Of a stretch of 64,000 nt of DNA, positions 49,284 through 59,816 are shown one piece after another. Source of the stretch: Oligoflexia bacterium (GTDB taxonomy: Bacteria > Bdellovibrionota > Bdellovibrionia > JABDDW01); the NCBI GenBank assembly GCA_020847095.1, contig JADLCR010000096.1, forward strand, positions 1,127 through 65,126, given 5' to 3'. The number at the start of each line of letters is the position of its first letter. The stretch's first letter is position 1. The notes beneath the pieces are model-generated. The model had not been told where the DNA came from. It saw only the letters and a list, made by a program, of their open reading frames with translations, and did no database searches. Both the position numbers and the translations under genes were made by a program.

Positions 49284-50591
49284 ATGAAATCGGAAGTCAC
49301 AAAGCTCGATGGATTGAAGCGCCGCCTTCAAGTTGAAGTCCCGCCAGAAGTCGTCTCAATGGCCCTTGAAAACCAATACAAACAGGTTCAGCAAGTCGCC
49401 GCGCTGAAGGGATTTAGAAAAGGCAAAGTACCCTTAGCCATGGTCAAAACCGAGTACCGCTCGCGCGTTGAGCAAGAAGTGGTTAGTCAGCTCATTCAAG
49501 ACCACTACGGCAAAGCACTTGACCAACATGCGCTGGACCCGGTGAATTTTCCGGAAATTCAGTTTGAATCCTTTCAAGAGGGGCAGCCTCTAAAGTTTTC
49601 GGCTACCTTCGAGATTCGGCCAGAAGTTAACCTGAAAAGCTACACAGGACTGGAAGTTCAAAAAGAAAAACTCGAAGTAAAGTCAGAGTTGCTCGAATCA
49701 ATTTTGGAAGACATCAGAAAGAGCAAAGCCAACATGGTGCCACTTATTGAATTGCGACCGGCGGCCATGGGTGATGTCGCGGTTATTGATTTTCACGGGC
49801 GCGTGGACGACAAAGATCTCCCTGGGGGCTCAGGGCAAGAGTATTTGCTCGAATTAGGAGCAAAGCAGTTCATTGAGGGATTTGAAGAAGGCGTTGTCGG
49901 CATGAACCCCGGCGACACTAAAATTTTGAATTTAAGCTTCCCTCAAGAATATCACGCCAAAGACATCGCGGGAAAAGCGGTTGAATTTAAAGTAACCTTG
50001 AAGGAAATCAAAAAGAAGACGCTTCCTGAATTGAACGATGAACTCGCGAAAGCCGTCGGGCACGACTCCCTTCAACATCTTAAAGAAGAAATCACCAAAG
50101 ACATTACTTCAAGAGAGGAAAAGCGCATTCGAGATGATTTAAAGAATCGCGTTCTCCATGCTTTGGTAGAAAAAAACCCAATTGAAGTCCCTCAATCGCT
50201 CGTTGCTAAACAAAAAGAAGTCATTATTGAAGACGTTCACCATCGTATGGAAAATCAAGGAATGACTCACGAGCAATTTGATGAGTACAAAGTTAAATGG
50301 GATGCCGACTTTCAAAAATCGGCCGAATTCGTCATTCGCTCAAGCCTCCTCGTTAGTGCCATCGCAAAGAAAGAGGGGCTCTCCGTTAACGAGTCTGATA
50401 TTGAGCAGCGATTTCAAGATTACGCTCAGCAAACTGGAATTGAGATTGAAAAGATTAAAGCTCATTATTCTAAACCCGAGGCTCGAAACCGCCTAAGTTT
50501 TCAAATGACTGAAGATAAAGTCATGGCTTTGCTGCTTGACAAAGCCAAGGTGACGGAAGTTTCCCGAGATAAATTAAAACCCTTAAATTAA
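49284..50591 (+). CDS. tig: Trigger factor.
   Basis: N-terminal ribosome-binding domain, central FKBP-type PPIase (GFEEGVVGMNPGDTK), about 435 aa. Confidence 0.95.
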   Translation: MKSEVTKLDGLKRRLQVEVPPEVVSMALENQYKQVQQVAALKGFRKGKVPLAMVKTEYRSRVEQEVVSQLIQDHYGKALDQHALDPVNFPEIQFESFQEGQPLKFSATFEIRPEVNLKSYTGLEVQKEKLEVKSELLESILEDIRKSKANMVPLIELRPAAMGDVAVIDFHGRVDDKDLPGGSGQEYLLELGAKQFIEGFEEGVVGMNPGDTKILNLSFPQEYHAKDIAGKAVEFKVTLKEIKKKTLPELNDELAKAVGHDSLQHLKEEITKDITSREEKRIRDDLKNRVLHALVEKNPIEVPQSLVAKQKEVIIEDVHHRMENQGMTHEQFDEYKVKWDADFQKSAEFVIRSSLLVSAIAKKEGLSVNESDIEQRFQDYAQQTGIEIEKIKAHYSKPEARNRLSFQMTEDKVMALLLDKAKVTEVSRDKLKPLN

Positions 50592-52144
50592 CTCTTAGTG
50601 CCTTTTTTAGGAGCCGCCGAAGCGGCCGGTGAGGCCGTAGGCATCGGAGTGCCCGCAGGCTTCGGAGAGGGCTTTGCTTTAGGAGCCTTCTTGGTCGCAG
50701 GAGTTGGCGACGCTTCTGTTTTCTTTTCTTTTTCTGGAGTCACAACTACGGGAGCTGCTGCTTTTACCTCGGGGTTTTGACTTCCAATGTCTTTCAACAC
50801 CGTCCACGCTTTGAGATAGTTGAGCGCCTGGAATACTTGAAAATCTTTTCGAGTTAACTTTTGTCCGGGAGATCCATCTTCTTCTGTGGCCGCCTTTGGT
50901 TCGCTTTTCCAAAAAGGAAAGTTGCTTCCTTTTTCTTTAGTATCACTGCCTTTGGTTTCGGCCTCTAAATGGCCCTCGATGTCCGACTCTCTCATGGATT
51001 TTTTCTGAATGACGGCCTTTTGAAATGCCTCTGAATCAACCGCATCAAGCTTAATATCGGGCTCAATCCCCTGGGCTTGAATGCTTCGGCCACTCGGCGT
51101 GTAGTAGCGAGAAATGGTGAGTTTAAGTCCGGCGCCATCTCCGAGATCAACAACTTGCTGCACGCTTCCCTTTCCGAAGGTTCGCGTTCCCATAATGGCC
51201 GCACGTTTTTGATCTTGAAGGGCTCCAGCTACAATCTCCGACGCCGAAGCCGTGTACTCGTTAACGAGAACAATCATGGGGAAATCTAAGCGTCCAATTC
51301 CCTTTTTGGCGTAAAAGAATTCTTTGTCGCGTTTATTACGTCCGGAGGTAGAAACAATAACGCCCTCACTCATAAACATATTGGCGATGCGAATTGCTTG
51401 ATCTAACAAGCCACCGGCGTTGTTACGAAGATCCAATACGAGACCCCTCATTTTTCCGTGTGAGCGCTCATGATCGCGAATTGCCTTTTCTAGATCCTCG
51501 CCTGAGCGCTCGATGAAACTCGTAATCCTAAAATATCCGAATCCGTCTTCTAAGTTGGTGTACTTAACGGATTTTACTTTGATGGTTTCTCGCTCGAGGG
51601 TGAATTTCTTGGGCTCTTTCAGACCTTCACGCCAAATTGATAGGGTGATTTTTGATCCGCTCTTTCCGCGCATCTTTGAGACTGCCTCAGTGAGGTTCAT
51701 CCCCTTTGTGGTCTTCCCGTCAATTTCGACCACCTTATCTCCGGATTTGATTCCCGCTCTCCACGCTGGCGTGTCTTCAATGGGGGAAATGACCGTTAAT
51801 ATGTCGTCTTGCAAAGTAACTTCGATCCCAAGACCACCGAATTCACCTGAAGTTTCTTCTTTGAATTCTTTAAAAGTACCTGGAGGCAGAAAATTCGTGT
51901 GGGGATCAAGCGTTGTCAGCATTCCTTTAATTCCGCCGTAAACAAGCTTGTGAATGTCGACTTCCTCGACGTAATGCTGCTCCACCAAATTGAGAACCTT
52001 AGTGAACATCTGAAGATCAGCGTATCGATCTTGTTTTCCGTTCTGCGCTGACCACCCCACCGTAACTGACCCGATGACAACTCCCACCGCCAGAGAAAGG
52101 CTGACCGAAGCCATCCATGCAAACATTTTGGATTTAAGTTTCAT
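50588..52144 (-). CDS. ctpA: C-terminal processing peptidase (S41, tail-specific protease) with a PDZ domain and a Pro/Ala/Lys-rich C-terminal tail.
   Basis: PDZ segment GDKVVEIDGK, S41 catalytic region NEYTASASEIVAGALQD, signal/TM. Confidence 0.9.
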   Translation of the reverse strand: MKLKSKMFAWMASVSLSLAVGVVIGSVTVGWSAQNGKQDRYADLQMFTKVLNLVEQHYVEEVDIHKLVYGGIKGMLTTLDPHTNFLPPGTFKEFKEETSGEFGGLGIEVTLQDDILTVISPIEDTPAWRAGIKSGDKVVEIDGKTTKGMNLTEAVSKMRGKSGSKITLSIWREGLKEPKKFTLERETIKVKSVKYTNLEDGFGYFRITSFIERSGEDLEKAIRDHERSHGKMRGLVLDLRNNAGGLLDQAIRIANMFMSEGVIVSTSGRNKRDKEFFYAKKGIGRLDFPMIVLVNEYTASASEIVAGALQDQKRAAIMGTRTFGKGSVQQVVDLGDGAGLKLTISRYYTPSGRSIQAQGIEPDIKLDAVDSEAFQKAVIQKKSMRESDIEGHLEAETKGSDTKEKGSNFPFWKSEPKAATEEDGSPGQKLTRKDFQVFQALNYLKAWTVLKDIGSQNPEVKAAAPVVVTPEKEKKTEASPTPATKKAPKAKPSPKPAGTPMPTASPAASAAPKKGTKS

Positions 52145-52166
52145 AGGGTCTCCTTGGTTTCATTCA

Positions 52167-53315
52167 TCATAACCGCCGACTTGTGCGCAAATCAAGCCAC
52201 GGTACCGGATCTAAGCTGTCGCTAAAATGCCTCAATTCAAAATAAAGCCCGGGGCCGCGGAGACTTCCTGTATCGCCAGACTCTGCGATAATTTCGCCCT
52301 GTCCAACGGAATCTCCGGTTTTCTTAAGCAATTTTGAGTTATGGGCGTACAGCGAATAATAGTGATCGCCATGGTCGATGATGATGGTTTCTCCATAACC
52401 ATTGACCCACCCTGAAAACGCCACCTTGCCCCAATAAAGCGATGATATTCGATCACCTTGTTTGGCGGCAAAAAACAATCCCTTGTGAAGAATCTGCGTC
52501 CCAAAACGATGGTTTTTGACAATCCCATGTTTCTGAACAATTTCTCTTAATACGGGCGGTCTAAGCCCACCTTTATGCTCATAGATGGCCCCTCGAGAAA
52601 GCTCTTTCACTGTCGAATCTGACTGCCCCATCTTTTCGAGCTGCCGGTCGAGATCGCGAACAGCTTCTCGCCACTCTTTGATGGCCATGAGGTGGGTTTC
52701 TTTATTTCTCTCTAACTCCTGAAGAACCAGGCTTTGCTTTGCCTTCTCTGAGTCAAAGCGAGACTTTTCAGCCTTAAGGTCTCCTTGAATTTTAACGAAT
52801 ATTTTGAGTTGAGAGCGCAACTTTCGCTCCTGATGATCAAGTTTAACAATTGTTGATTTAAAACTATTGATCAACTCCGCATCGCGCTTGGTGACGATTT
52901 TCAAGAACTTAAGATTTCTTGCGAACTCGCCTCCGCTTTCACTGGAGAGCAGCACCTCGGTGTAGCCTTTAAAGCCCATTTTATAAAGAGCACGTAAGCG
53001 TTCCCGCAATAAGACCTTTTGTTTTTCGCGTGTCATTTTGAGATAACTCGTTCGTTTTGCGTATCCTTCAACTGTTTTTTGGGATTTTGCCAACTGACTT
53101 TCTAGAGAGGTAATGTCTTGCTCTAGTTTTCCGAGAGTTTTGTTAATCTCATAGAGAGTCCCCATGACTCCACGCTTTTTGAGCTCAGAGTCGAGAAGTG
53201 CTTTTCTTTCAGCTTCTAGTTTTGAGCGGATGTCATCCACCCGATCTGTGATGGCCAACCCCTGATTCGGCACGGCCAAAAGAATGGATACAATCACCCA
53301 AACGGAAAAGTTCAC
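52167..53315 (-). CDS. envC: M23 (LytM) peptidase-domain protein with an N-terminal coiled coil, an EnvC-like murein hydrolase activator.
   Basis: M23 motifs HYYSLYAHNS and GDTGSLRGPGLYFELRH, with a long coiled-coil N-terminus. Confidence 0.8.
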   Translation of the reverse strand: MNFSVWVIVSILLAVPNQGLAITDRVDDIRSKLEAERKALLDSELKKRGVMGTLYEINKTLGKLEQDITSLESQLAKSQKTVEGYAKRTSYLKMTREKQKVLLRERLRALYKMGFKGYTEVLLSSESGGEFARNLKFLKIVTKRDAELINSFKSTIVKLDHQERKLRSQLKIFVKIQGDLKAEKSRFDSEKAKQSLVLQELERNKETHLMAIKEWREAVRDLDRQLEKMGQSDSTVKELSRGAIYEHKGGLRPPVLREIVQKHGIVKNHRFGTQILHKGLFFAAKQGDRISSLYWGKVAFSGWVNGYGETIIIDHGDHYYSLYAHNSKLLKKTGDSVGQGEIIAESGDTGSLRGPGLYFELRHFSDSLDPVPWLDLRTSRRL

Positions 53316-53318
53316 AGC

Positions 53319-54239
53319 TTAACTCAATTGCCGGGCCGCGGCCCAACCGGTATTGATACGAGCAACACAAAGGTAACTTCCAATAAGTCCGATCAAACCT
53401 CCCGCCAAAGTGAGACCTAAAATCTCGCCAGTCGAAAAGTATCGCAATACCTGTAAAACACTGGACGCGCCTGATACTGTTTCAAGACGGCTTAAAGCAA
53501 ACTGATAGACCACGCCCATTAAAACAAGAGCTATCAACGCGCTCAATAAGCCATATAAGCCGCCTTCAAGAATGATGGGGCGCCTCACCATCGCACTCGT
53601 TGCCCCAACCAACTCAAGGATCTGAATTTCCTCTCGCCTTGCTGCCAAAGAAGCGCGAACCGCATTGCCGACGACAAAAAGAGTGGCCGCAAGAATCACC
53701 GCAACTGCCAAAGCCGTTACAAATCGTGTTCCTTTAAAAAAGGAGGTGTAGTTCTTGATCCATTCTTGACCGTAACTAGAATCTTCAACGATTGGATTTC
53801 CAGAATACTGATTGGCTATGGCCTCAATGCGGTCAGCGGTTTTATAGGAAGTTGCCACCTTGATGACAAAACTCGCCGGAAAAGGATTTCCCATGTCACC
53901 ATCAACGGTCTTTAAAAAACTGGGCCCGTAACTACTCAGGCTCTTTTCAAATGCCTTTTTGGCTTCGGTTTTATTAATAAAAGTTACTGATTCAACACCC
54001 GGGTCCGATTTGAGAACGTCATCTAGGGCCGCAATTTCTTCTGAGGTGGCCGAGTCCTTTAAAAATAATGTGAGTTGGACTTCGTCTCCCCACGCCGTCA
54101 GTAAACGACCAAGATTAGCTGTGAGCAATAAAGACGTGTAAATAAGACCGAAACACAAAGTTAACACCCCGACCGTGGAAAGATTAACCCAAAGGTGAGT
54201 CCGCCAACTTCGCTTAAGTGTCGATAATAATTCGTTCAT
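53319..54239 (-). CDS. ftsX: Cell division permease-like protein FtsX.
   Basis: Four TM helices and a large periplasmic loop. Position directly after ftsE. Confidence 0.85.
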   Translation of the reverse strand: MNELLSTLKRSWRTHLWVNLSTVGVLTLCFGLIYTSLLLTANLGRLLTAWGDEVQLTLFLKDSATSEEIAALDDVLKSDPGVESVTFINKTEAKKAFEKSLSSYGPSFLKTVDGDMGNPFPASFVIKVATSYKTADRIEAIANQYSGNPIVEDSSYGQEWIKNYTSFFKGTRFVTALAVAVILAATLFVVGNAVRASLAARREEIQILELVGATSAMVRRPIILEGGLYGLLSALIALVLMGVVYQFALSRLETVSGASSVLQVLRYFSTGEILGLTLAGGLIGLIGSYLCVARINTGWAAARQLS

Positions 54240-54961
54240 GTGAGGATAGCCTCTAAAGGAGCAGGGTGAGAGGGCATTGGATCAACATTGTTGGCGCGAT
54301 CTTGCGGGGATTCTTCGACGTGACCCTTTACAAGGCGAACAACGCGCCGGGACCCCTTTGAAAGAAAACCCGTGTTATGAGTCGCAATGAATACCGTAGT
54401 TCCTTGAGCATTTATTTTTTCGAATAATTTCATAATCTCATCGGCCAAATGTTGATCGAGATTTCCTGTGGGCTCGTCGGCAATGAGTAGACCCGGCTTA
54501 TTAATAATAGCTCGGGCAATCGCAACCCGCTGCTGCTCCCCTCCAGAAAGATGATCAGGGAAATAGGTTCCTTTGTATTTTAGCCCAACTTGATCAAGGG
54601 CCTCTAATACTCGGCTTTGAATCTCAGTGCGATGCACCCCCAGGATTTCAAGGGGCAAGCCCACGTTTTCTGAAATAGTTCGGTCTTTAAGAAGTTTAAA
54701 ATCCTGAAATACAACGCCGATGCGGCGGCGGATGAACGGAATAGCCGAAGCTTGAATGGAATTATAATCAAATCCATTCACTACAATTTTGCCGCTAGTG
54801 GCTTGATCGTAACAGGTGATGAGCTTAAAGAGTGTCGTTTTACCCGCTCCACTGGGCCCGGTCAGATAGACAAACTCGCCTTTGCCAATAGAAAGTGAAA
54901 CGTCACTGAGCGCATGAACCCCTGTAGGGTAAGTCTTGTAAACATGCGATAGATCTATCAT
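54236..54961 (-). CDS. ftsE: Cell division ATP-binding protein FtsE.
   Basis: Walker [13 protein letters not shown] signature LSGGEQQR, Walker [13 protein letters not shown]. Confidence 0.95.
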   Translation of the reverse strand: MIDLSHVYKTYPTGVHALSDVSLSIGKGEFVYLTGPSGAGKTTLFKLITCYDQATSGKIVVNGFDYNSIQASAIPFIRRRIGVVFQDFKLLKDRTISENVGLPLEILGVHRTEIQSRVLEALDQVGLKYKGTYFPDHLSGGEQQRVAIARAIINKPGLLIADEPTGNLDQHLADEIMKLFEKINAQGTTVFIATHNTGFLSKGSRRVVRLVKGHVEESPQDRANNVDPMPSHPAPLEAILT

Positions 54962-54965
54962 TAGA

Positions 54966-55256
54966 TCATTTTAGACGTGATTCAAACAGAGCACCAGAAA
55001 CCAATTGGTCTAGAATCTTTTGATGTTGTTCGCGCATTCCTAGCCTTATGGCCTGTCTAGGTTGGGCCGAGGCTACCGTGTGAATGATCCTTTCATAAGG
55101 GGTCTTGAGACTCGCGACAACGGAGCCCGCTTGAAAAACGCGGGTGACCACAAAGGGGTTGGCTTGCCCCCAGTCTTCGGTCTGGACGTGATAAGTCGTT
55201 CCGCGGCAAATAATGTCGCTATTAAATCCAGGTTCAATATCCAAAAAAACCCCCAA
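54966..55256 (-). CDS. Small hypothetical protein immediately upstream of ftsE (4-nt gap).
   Basis: 96-aa ORF in operon position. No recognisable motif. Confidence 0.4.
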   Translation of the reverse strand: MGVFLDIEPGFNSDIICRGTTYHVQTEDWGQANPFVVTRVFQAGSVVASLKTPYERIIHTVASAQPRQAIRLGMREQHQKILDQLVSGALFESRLK

Positions 55257-55373
55257 CTGCTACCTCCTAAGTTAATGAACCTCCGGATTAAACTCAAGAG
55301 GTAAGATCCATTTGCTCAAGCCACAAAAAAGCCGTAGCCTGTTTTCTGCTAACTCCAACATGAAGAGGAAAAC

Positions 55374-56105
55374 ATGATCGAACTGGCTTGGGCTTCAAAC
55401 AAAACCGTTAAGGTCGCAATGAAATTAGACGCCTGGGAGCTCATTTGGAATGCGGGCCCAGTGGTTAAATTTGTCATGATTGTATTGGCAGGTTTCTCTG
55501 TGGTGAGTTGGGCCATTATATTCACTAAACATACTCAACTTTCAAAAGTTACCGCCGAAAATGCATCGTTCTTAGACCTCTTTTGGAAGGCGTCAAGTCT
55601 TGAAAATATCAACGCCGAGGTAGGACGTTTTAAAATGAGTCCCCTCGCCAATGTGTTTCGCGCCGGATATTCTGAACTTCAACGCATTGCTGAAAGTCGT
55701 CTTGGCGAGAAGTCTTCGTCCGGAGCGCTGTCTTTAAGCGGCATTGAAAACGTCTCGCGGGCATTACGAAAAGCCAGCGATAGTGAAGTGGCCAAAATCG
55801 AAGGACGCACTGGATTTTTAGCCACCGTTGGAAGCACGAGCCCGTTTATCGGATTGTTTGGAACTGTTTGGGGAATAATGAACTCGTTTCAAAATATTGG
55901 CAATACAGGAGCCGCCTCACTTTCAGTCGTGGCACCCGGAATTTCCGAAGCTCTTATTGCAACAGCCATCGGACTGGCGGCCGCTATTCCGGCCGTTATG
56001 GCCTACAACTATTTTGTAGGAAAGTTTAAAAAACAAGATCTGGAAATAAATAACTTCACCGCGGATTTTTTGAACATAGTGAAAAGAAACTTCTTCAAGG
56101 ATTAA
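55374..56105 (+). CDS. tolQ: Tol-Pal system protein TolQ (MotA/TolQ/ExbB family).
   Basis: GLFGTVWGIMNSF motif and three TM helices. Confidence 0.9.
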   Translation: MIELAWASNKTVKVAMKLDAWELIWNAGPVVKFVMIVLAGFSVVSWAIIFTKHTQLSKVTAENASFLDLFWKASSLENINAEVGRFKMSPLANVFRAGYSELQRIAESRLGEKSSSGALSLSGIENVSRALRKASDSEVAKIEGRTGFLATVGSTSPFIGLFGTVWGIMNSFQNIGNTGAASLSVVAPGISEALIATAIGLAAAIPAVMAYNYFVGKFKKQDLEINNFTADFLNIVKRNFFKD

Positions 56106-56110
56106 TTTCA

Positions 56111-56533
56111 ATGGCCATGACGGGAAGCAACGACATCAGTAGCCGTACCACCCTAAGCGAAATTAACGTCACCCCACTTGTGGACGTTATGCTCGTGCTG
56201 TTAATCATTTTTATGGTCACTGCGCCCATGATGCAACAAGGGCTGGACGTAGAACTACCGGAGGCGGCCAACTCAGGCCTTACCGTTACCGATGAACCCT
56301 TTGTTCTCGTAGTCAAAAAAGATGAGTCCATTTGGGCCGGATCAGCAAACATTGCCCTTAATTCGCTGCGAACAAAAATGGGCGCCATCATGGAAACGCG
56401 AACCAATAAACAAATCTATATTCAGGCCGATAAAGACGCCTCCTACGGATTTGTAGCTCAAATCATTGGGGAGTTGAAGGCGGCGGGCATTCATTCAATT
56501 GGGCTTGTCACGCTTCCCTTAGATAAGAAATAG
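56111..56533 (+). CDS. tolR: TolR/ExbD biopolymer transport protein.
   Basis: INVTPLVDVMLVLLIIFMV TM motif. Confidence 0.9.
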   Translation: MAMTGSNDISSRTTLSEINVTPLVDVMLVLLIIFMVTAPMMQQGLDVELPEAANSGLTVTDEPFVLVVKKDESIWAGSANIALNSLRTKMGAIMETRTNKQIYIQADKDASYGFVAQIIGELKAAGIHSIGLVTLPLDKK

Positions 56534-56534
56534 C

Positions 56535-57275
56535 ATGCGCTACTTTGAAACGTCTTCGATTTTTGATGAGTCCGTTCTCTTCAAGAGAATGGTGATTTTC
56601 AGCCTTATTTTTCACGTAACCATCATCTTGTTTATGGCCATCAAGACTCTGATCGTACCCCATCAGTCGCTCAATCTAGATCAAGCAGTGCGGGTGGACA
56701 TTGTCGATCTACCGGACAAAATCGTGAGCCCGCCCCAAGAAAAGCTTCAACCTACTGAAAAGATGAAAGCTCCGGAGGCTAAAACTTCAAAAGAAAAAGC
56801 GAAAGACGCGGCTTTAGCGAAAATTAAAAAAATGGCTAAAGAAGAAGAGCGTCTTAAGAAAATTGAAAAAATGAAGAGAGAACTCGAGGCTCAAGAGTCA
56901 GCGGCCAAAATTGAAAAACAAAAAGCCGCCCGGGCCTCTTTGCTCAAGGGAAACATGGTGAGCCCTGGCACCGCACTCACTGGACTTCAAAAAATTGAGT
57001 TTGATGAATACAAAGGAAACGTACAGACTCATGTTCAAACTCACTGGAACTTGCCCGAGTGGTTGAGCCGTGCTAATTTGAGAGCTCTAGCAGTTGTTCA
57101 TTTAGATCCGAGCGGAAATGTCGTGAAACGTTATATTTCCAAATCTTCCGGTGACGAGCGTTTTGATGCCCTAGTCCTCAAGACTATAGACGATTCAACG
57201 CCCTTTCCGCCGCCGCCAGAAAAATTTAGAGATCTTTTTCGTGTACAAGGATTATCTTTAGGGTTTCCACAATAA
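56535..57275 (+). CDS. tolA: TolA-like protein with an N-terminal TM, a Lys/Glu-rich helical region and a TonB/TolA-type C-terminal domain.
   Basis: Architecture and genomic position between tolR and tolB. Confidence 0.7.
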   Translation: MRYFETSSIFDESVLFKRMVIFSLIFHVTIILFMAIKTLIVPHQSLNLDQAVRVDIVDLPDKIVSPPQEKLQPTEKMKAPEAKTSKEKAKDAALAKIKKMAKEEERLKKIEKMKRELEAQESAAKIEKQKAARASLLKGNMVSPGTALTGLQKIEFDEYKGNVQTHVQTHWNLPEWLSRANLRALAVVHLDPSGNVVKRYISKSSGDERFDALVLKTIDDSTPFPPPPEKFRDLFRVQGLSLGFPQ

Positions 57276-57286
57276 GAGGGGTCACC

Positions 57287-58669
57287 ATGCGTAAACTTTT
57301 TGTTCTCATTGCAATTTTGGTTGGCACAAGCGGTACCGCCAGCGCTCAAGATGACGCCAGCGTAGTTTACATCAAAGTGGGAGAAGCCAAGGTGAAGAAG
57401 AGCTTGTTGGCTATTCCATCTTTTCTATTGCTCAGTTCGCCAACAAGCGAGCGCAAGGTCCTAAGCACAGAAATGCTTAACACCCTCTTAGCGAACATGG
57501 AGACAAGCAATCTTTTTACGATCATCAAACCAGAGGCATTTTTGGATAATCCCGATCAAATAGGCCTCACGCCCCACCCAGGAAACCCAACAGGATTTAA
57601 GTTCGAAAACTGGTCAAAAATCGGAGCTGAGTTTCTCGTCCGAGCGGGCCTCAAAGTCAGCGGTGACGAATTAGAACTAGAGACATTCGTATATTTCATT
57701 CCGCAAGCCAAGCTAGTCTTCGGACGAAAATACAACTCAAAAATTAAAGAGTCGCGCGCCATGATTCACTCATTTTCTGATGATTTCATCAAAGCGCTGA
57801 CAGGCACTAAAGGAATTTTCAAAACAAAAATCGTTGCCTCTTCTGATAAAGGCGGTAAGCGATTTAAAGAAATCATTGTAATGGATTGGGATGGGCGCAA
57901 CGCTCGCGAAATTACCAACCATCGGAGTATCAGCCTTTCTCCAAGCTGGGGACCGAAAGGAAATTCCGTTGCGTACACTTCTTTTGCGTACCACCCTGCT
58001 TACAAAGGAAGAAATCCTGACCTGTTCTTATATGAAATCAACACCAACAAACGATTTTTGCTGAGCAGCCGAAGAGGAATAAACTCCGGTTCTGCATTTT
58101 CTCCAGATGGAAAATTTATTTTTTTGACCCTTAGCCAAGGGGCTGATCCTGACATCTATAGGATGAATGCTGACGGTGAAGACCTGCAAAGGTTAACCAA
58201 TGGGCCTCGCGGAACCCTGAATGTTGAACCGTCAGTTTCTCCAGACGGGAAGAAAATCGCATTTAGCAGCGATCGCGCCGGAAACCCAATGATTTACGTC
58301 ATGAATGCCGATGGCAGTGAGGTGAAGCGCATCACCTTCGCCGGAAAGTACAACTCAAGCCCCAGTTTTTCACCGGACGGAAAACGCCTCGCATTTGCCG
58401 GGCGAGAGAAAGGGCATTTCGATATTTTCACAGTTAATGTGGACGGTACCGACATGAAGCGCCTCACAACGGCTAAGAAGTCCAATGGCCAACTGGCTGA
58501 CAACGAAGATCCAAGCTTCAGCCCCGATGGACGGCATATCGTATTCACTTCGAATCGCTCTGGGACTCACCAAATTTATATTGTCAGCAGCGATGGCGCG
58601 ACAGAGCGCCGCATCACAATGGATAACTGGAACTATTTCAAGCCGAAATGGTCACCCTATCTCGACTAA
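57287..58669 (+). CDS. tolB: Tol-Pal system beta-propeller protein TolB.
   Basis: Repeated SPDGKxIAF…R-blade motifs and a signal peptide. Confidence 0.9.
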   Translation: MRKLFVLIAILVGTSGTASAQDDASVVYIKVGEAKVKKSLLAIPSFLLLSSPTSERKVLSTEMLNTLLANMETSNLFTIIKPEAFLDNPDQIGLTPHPGNPTGFKFENWSKIGAEFLVRAGLKVSGDELELETFVYFIPQAKLVFGRKYNSKIKESRAMIHSFSDDFIKALTGTKGIFKTKIVASSDKGGKRFKEIIVMDWDGRNAREITNHRSISLSPSWGPKGNSVAYTSFAYHPAYKGRNPDLFLYEINTNKRFLLSSRRGINSGSAFSPDGKFIFLTLSQGADPDIYRMNADGEDLQRLTNGPRGTLNVEPSVSPDGKKIAFSSDRAGNPMIYVMNADGSEVKRITFAGKYNSSPSFSPDGKRLAFAGREKGHFDIFTVNVDGTDMKRLTTAKKSNGQLADNEDPSFSPDGRHIVFTSNRSGTHQIYIVSSDGATERRITMDNWNYFKPKWSPYLD

Positions 58670-58723
58670 ACCCTTGAAATTGTGAGTGCTTTTTAGATAG
58701 CCTAGTCGCTTGGAGGAACTTTT

Positions 58724-59470
58724 ATGCACTTTAGGCCCATCGCCATCTCGATTTACCTCATTGGATCAATTGCCTTAGCGCAAACTTCTCCTACGGCAAC
58801 ACCAGCCGCATCGGCCACAAACCCTGCAGCACCGGCCGCTTCGGTGGCGGCGGCTCCCGCAGCAACCGTCGCTGCGTCCGCGACCCCGCAGGCTACGCCC
58901 GCACCCACGGTGACGACCATTTCCACACCTAAGCCCGCTATCGTAAAGAAAGGATTTAGAAAAATGTTTGCACTCTTTGATACCACCTTAGGAAAATTCA
59001 AAGTCCGATTGTTTTTTGACAAAGCTCCAAAAACGGTTGCGAACTTCACCGAACTGGCTGAGGGACTTAAAGTCTGGACAGATCCAAAAACCAAAGAAAA
59101 AAAGAAAACCCGATTCTATGACGGACTTGTTTTTCACCGCGTGATTCCCAACTTCATGATTCAAGGCGGAGATCCAGCAGGAAACGGCACCGGTGGACCA
59201 GGTTACACTTTTAAAGATGAATTTTACCCTGACCTCAAACATGACAAACCGGGAATTTTATCTATGGCCAACGCTGGTCGAGATACAAATGGAAGCCAGT
59301 TTTTCGTTACTGTTGCTGCTACACCTTGGCTTGATAATAAGCACACGATTTTTGGTGAAGTCGTCGAAGGGTACGACGTCGTTAAAGCCATTAGTGAAAC
59401 TCCCAAAGATGGCTCAGATCGCCCACTGAAAGAAGTTAAAATTAACAAGGTTGACATCATACGTGAGTAA
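58724..59470 (+). CDS. Periplasmic cyclophilin-type peptidyl-prolyl cis-trans isomerase with an Ala/Pro/Thr-rich linker.
   Basis: FHRVIPNFMIQGGDP and MANAGRDTNGSQFFVT cyclophilin motifs. Signal peptide. Confidence 0.9.
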   Translation: MHFRPIAISIYLIGSIALAQTSPTATPAASATNPAAPAASVAAAPAATVAASATPQATPAPTVTTISTPKPAIVKKGFRKMFALFDTTLGKFKVRLFFDKAPKTVANFTELAEGLKVWTDPKTKEKKKTRFYDGLVFHRVIPNFMIQGGDPAGNGTGGPGYTFKDEFYPDLKHDKPGILSMANAGRDTNGSQFFVTVAATPWLDNKHTIFGEVVEGYDVVKAISETPKDGSDRPLKEVKINKVDIIRE

Positions 59471-59816
59471 AAAATCCAGAAAGACTCGGGCAACAAAGCA
59501 ACAAAAGAGCTTTCTGATTTTTTTCACTACTTTTTCTCAAACGGATCATGCCCATCAGTTTGCCCGTCGTATTGTTCAGGCACGATTGGCGGCTTGTATC
59601 AATGTCATTCCTGGAATCACGAGCCATTACACTTGGAACAATCAACTAAGGGCTGATGCAGAAATTTTGCTCATCGGAAAAACGACACCAAAATCTTTTG
59701 CAAAGATAAAAAAGCAAATTCGAGAGTTTCATACTTATTCAGTTCCAGAATTAATTGGAATTCGAGTTGCCGACGGCGCCCCTGACTATCTCAAGTGGGT
59801 CGCCGCCCACAGCTAA
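59451..59816 (+). CDS. cutA: Divalent-cation tolerance protein CutA.
   Basis: RLAACINVIPGITSHYTWN conserved CutA1 core. Confidence 0.8.
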   Translation: MTSYVSKKSRKTRATKQQKSFLIFFTTFSQTDHAHQFARRIVQARLAACINVIPGITSHYTWNNQLRADAEILLIGKTTPKSFAKIKKQIREFHTYSVPELIGIRVADGAPDYLKWVAAHS

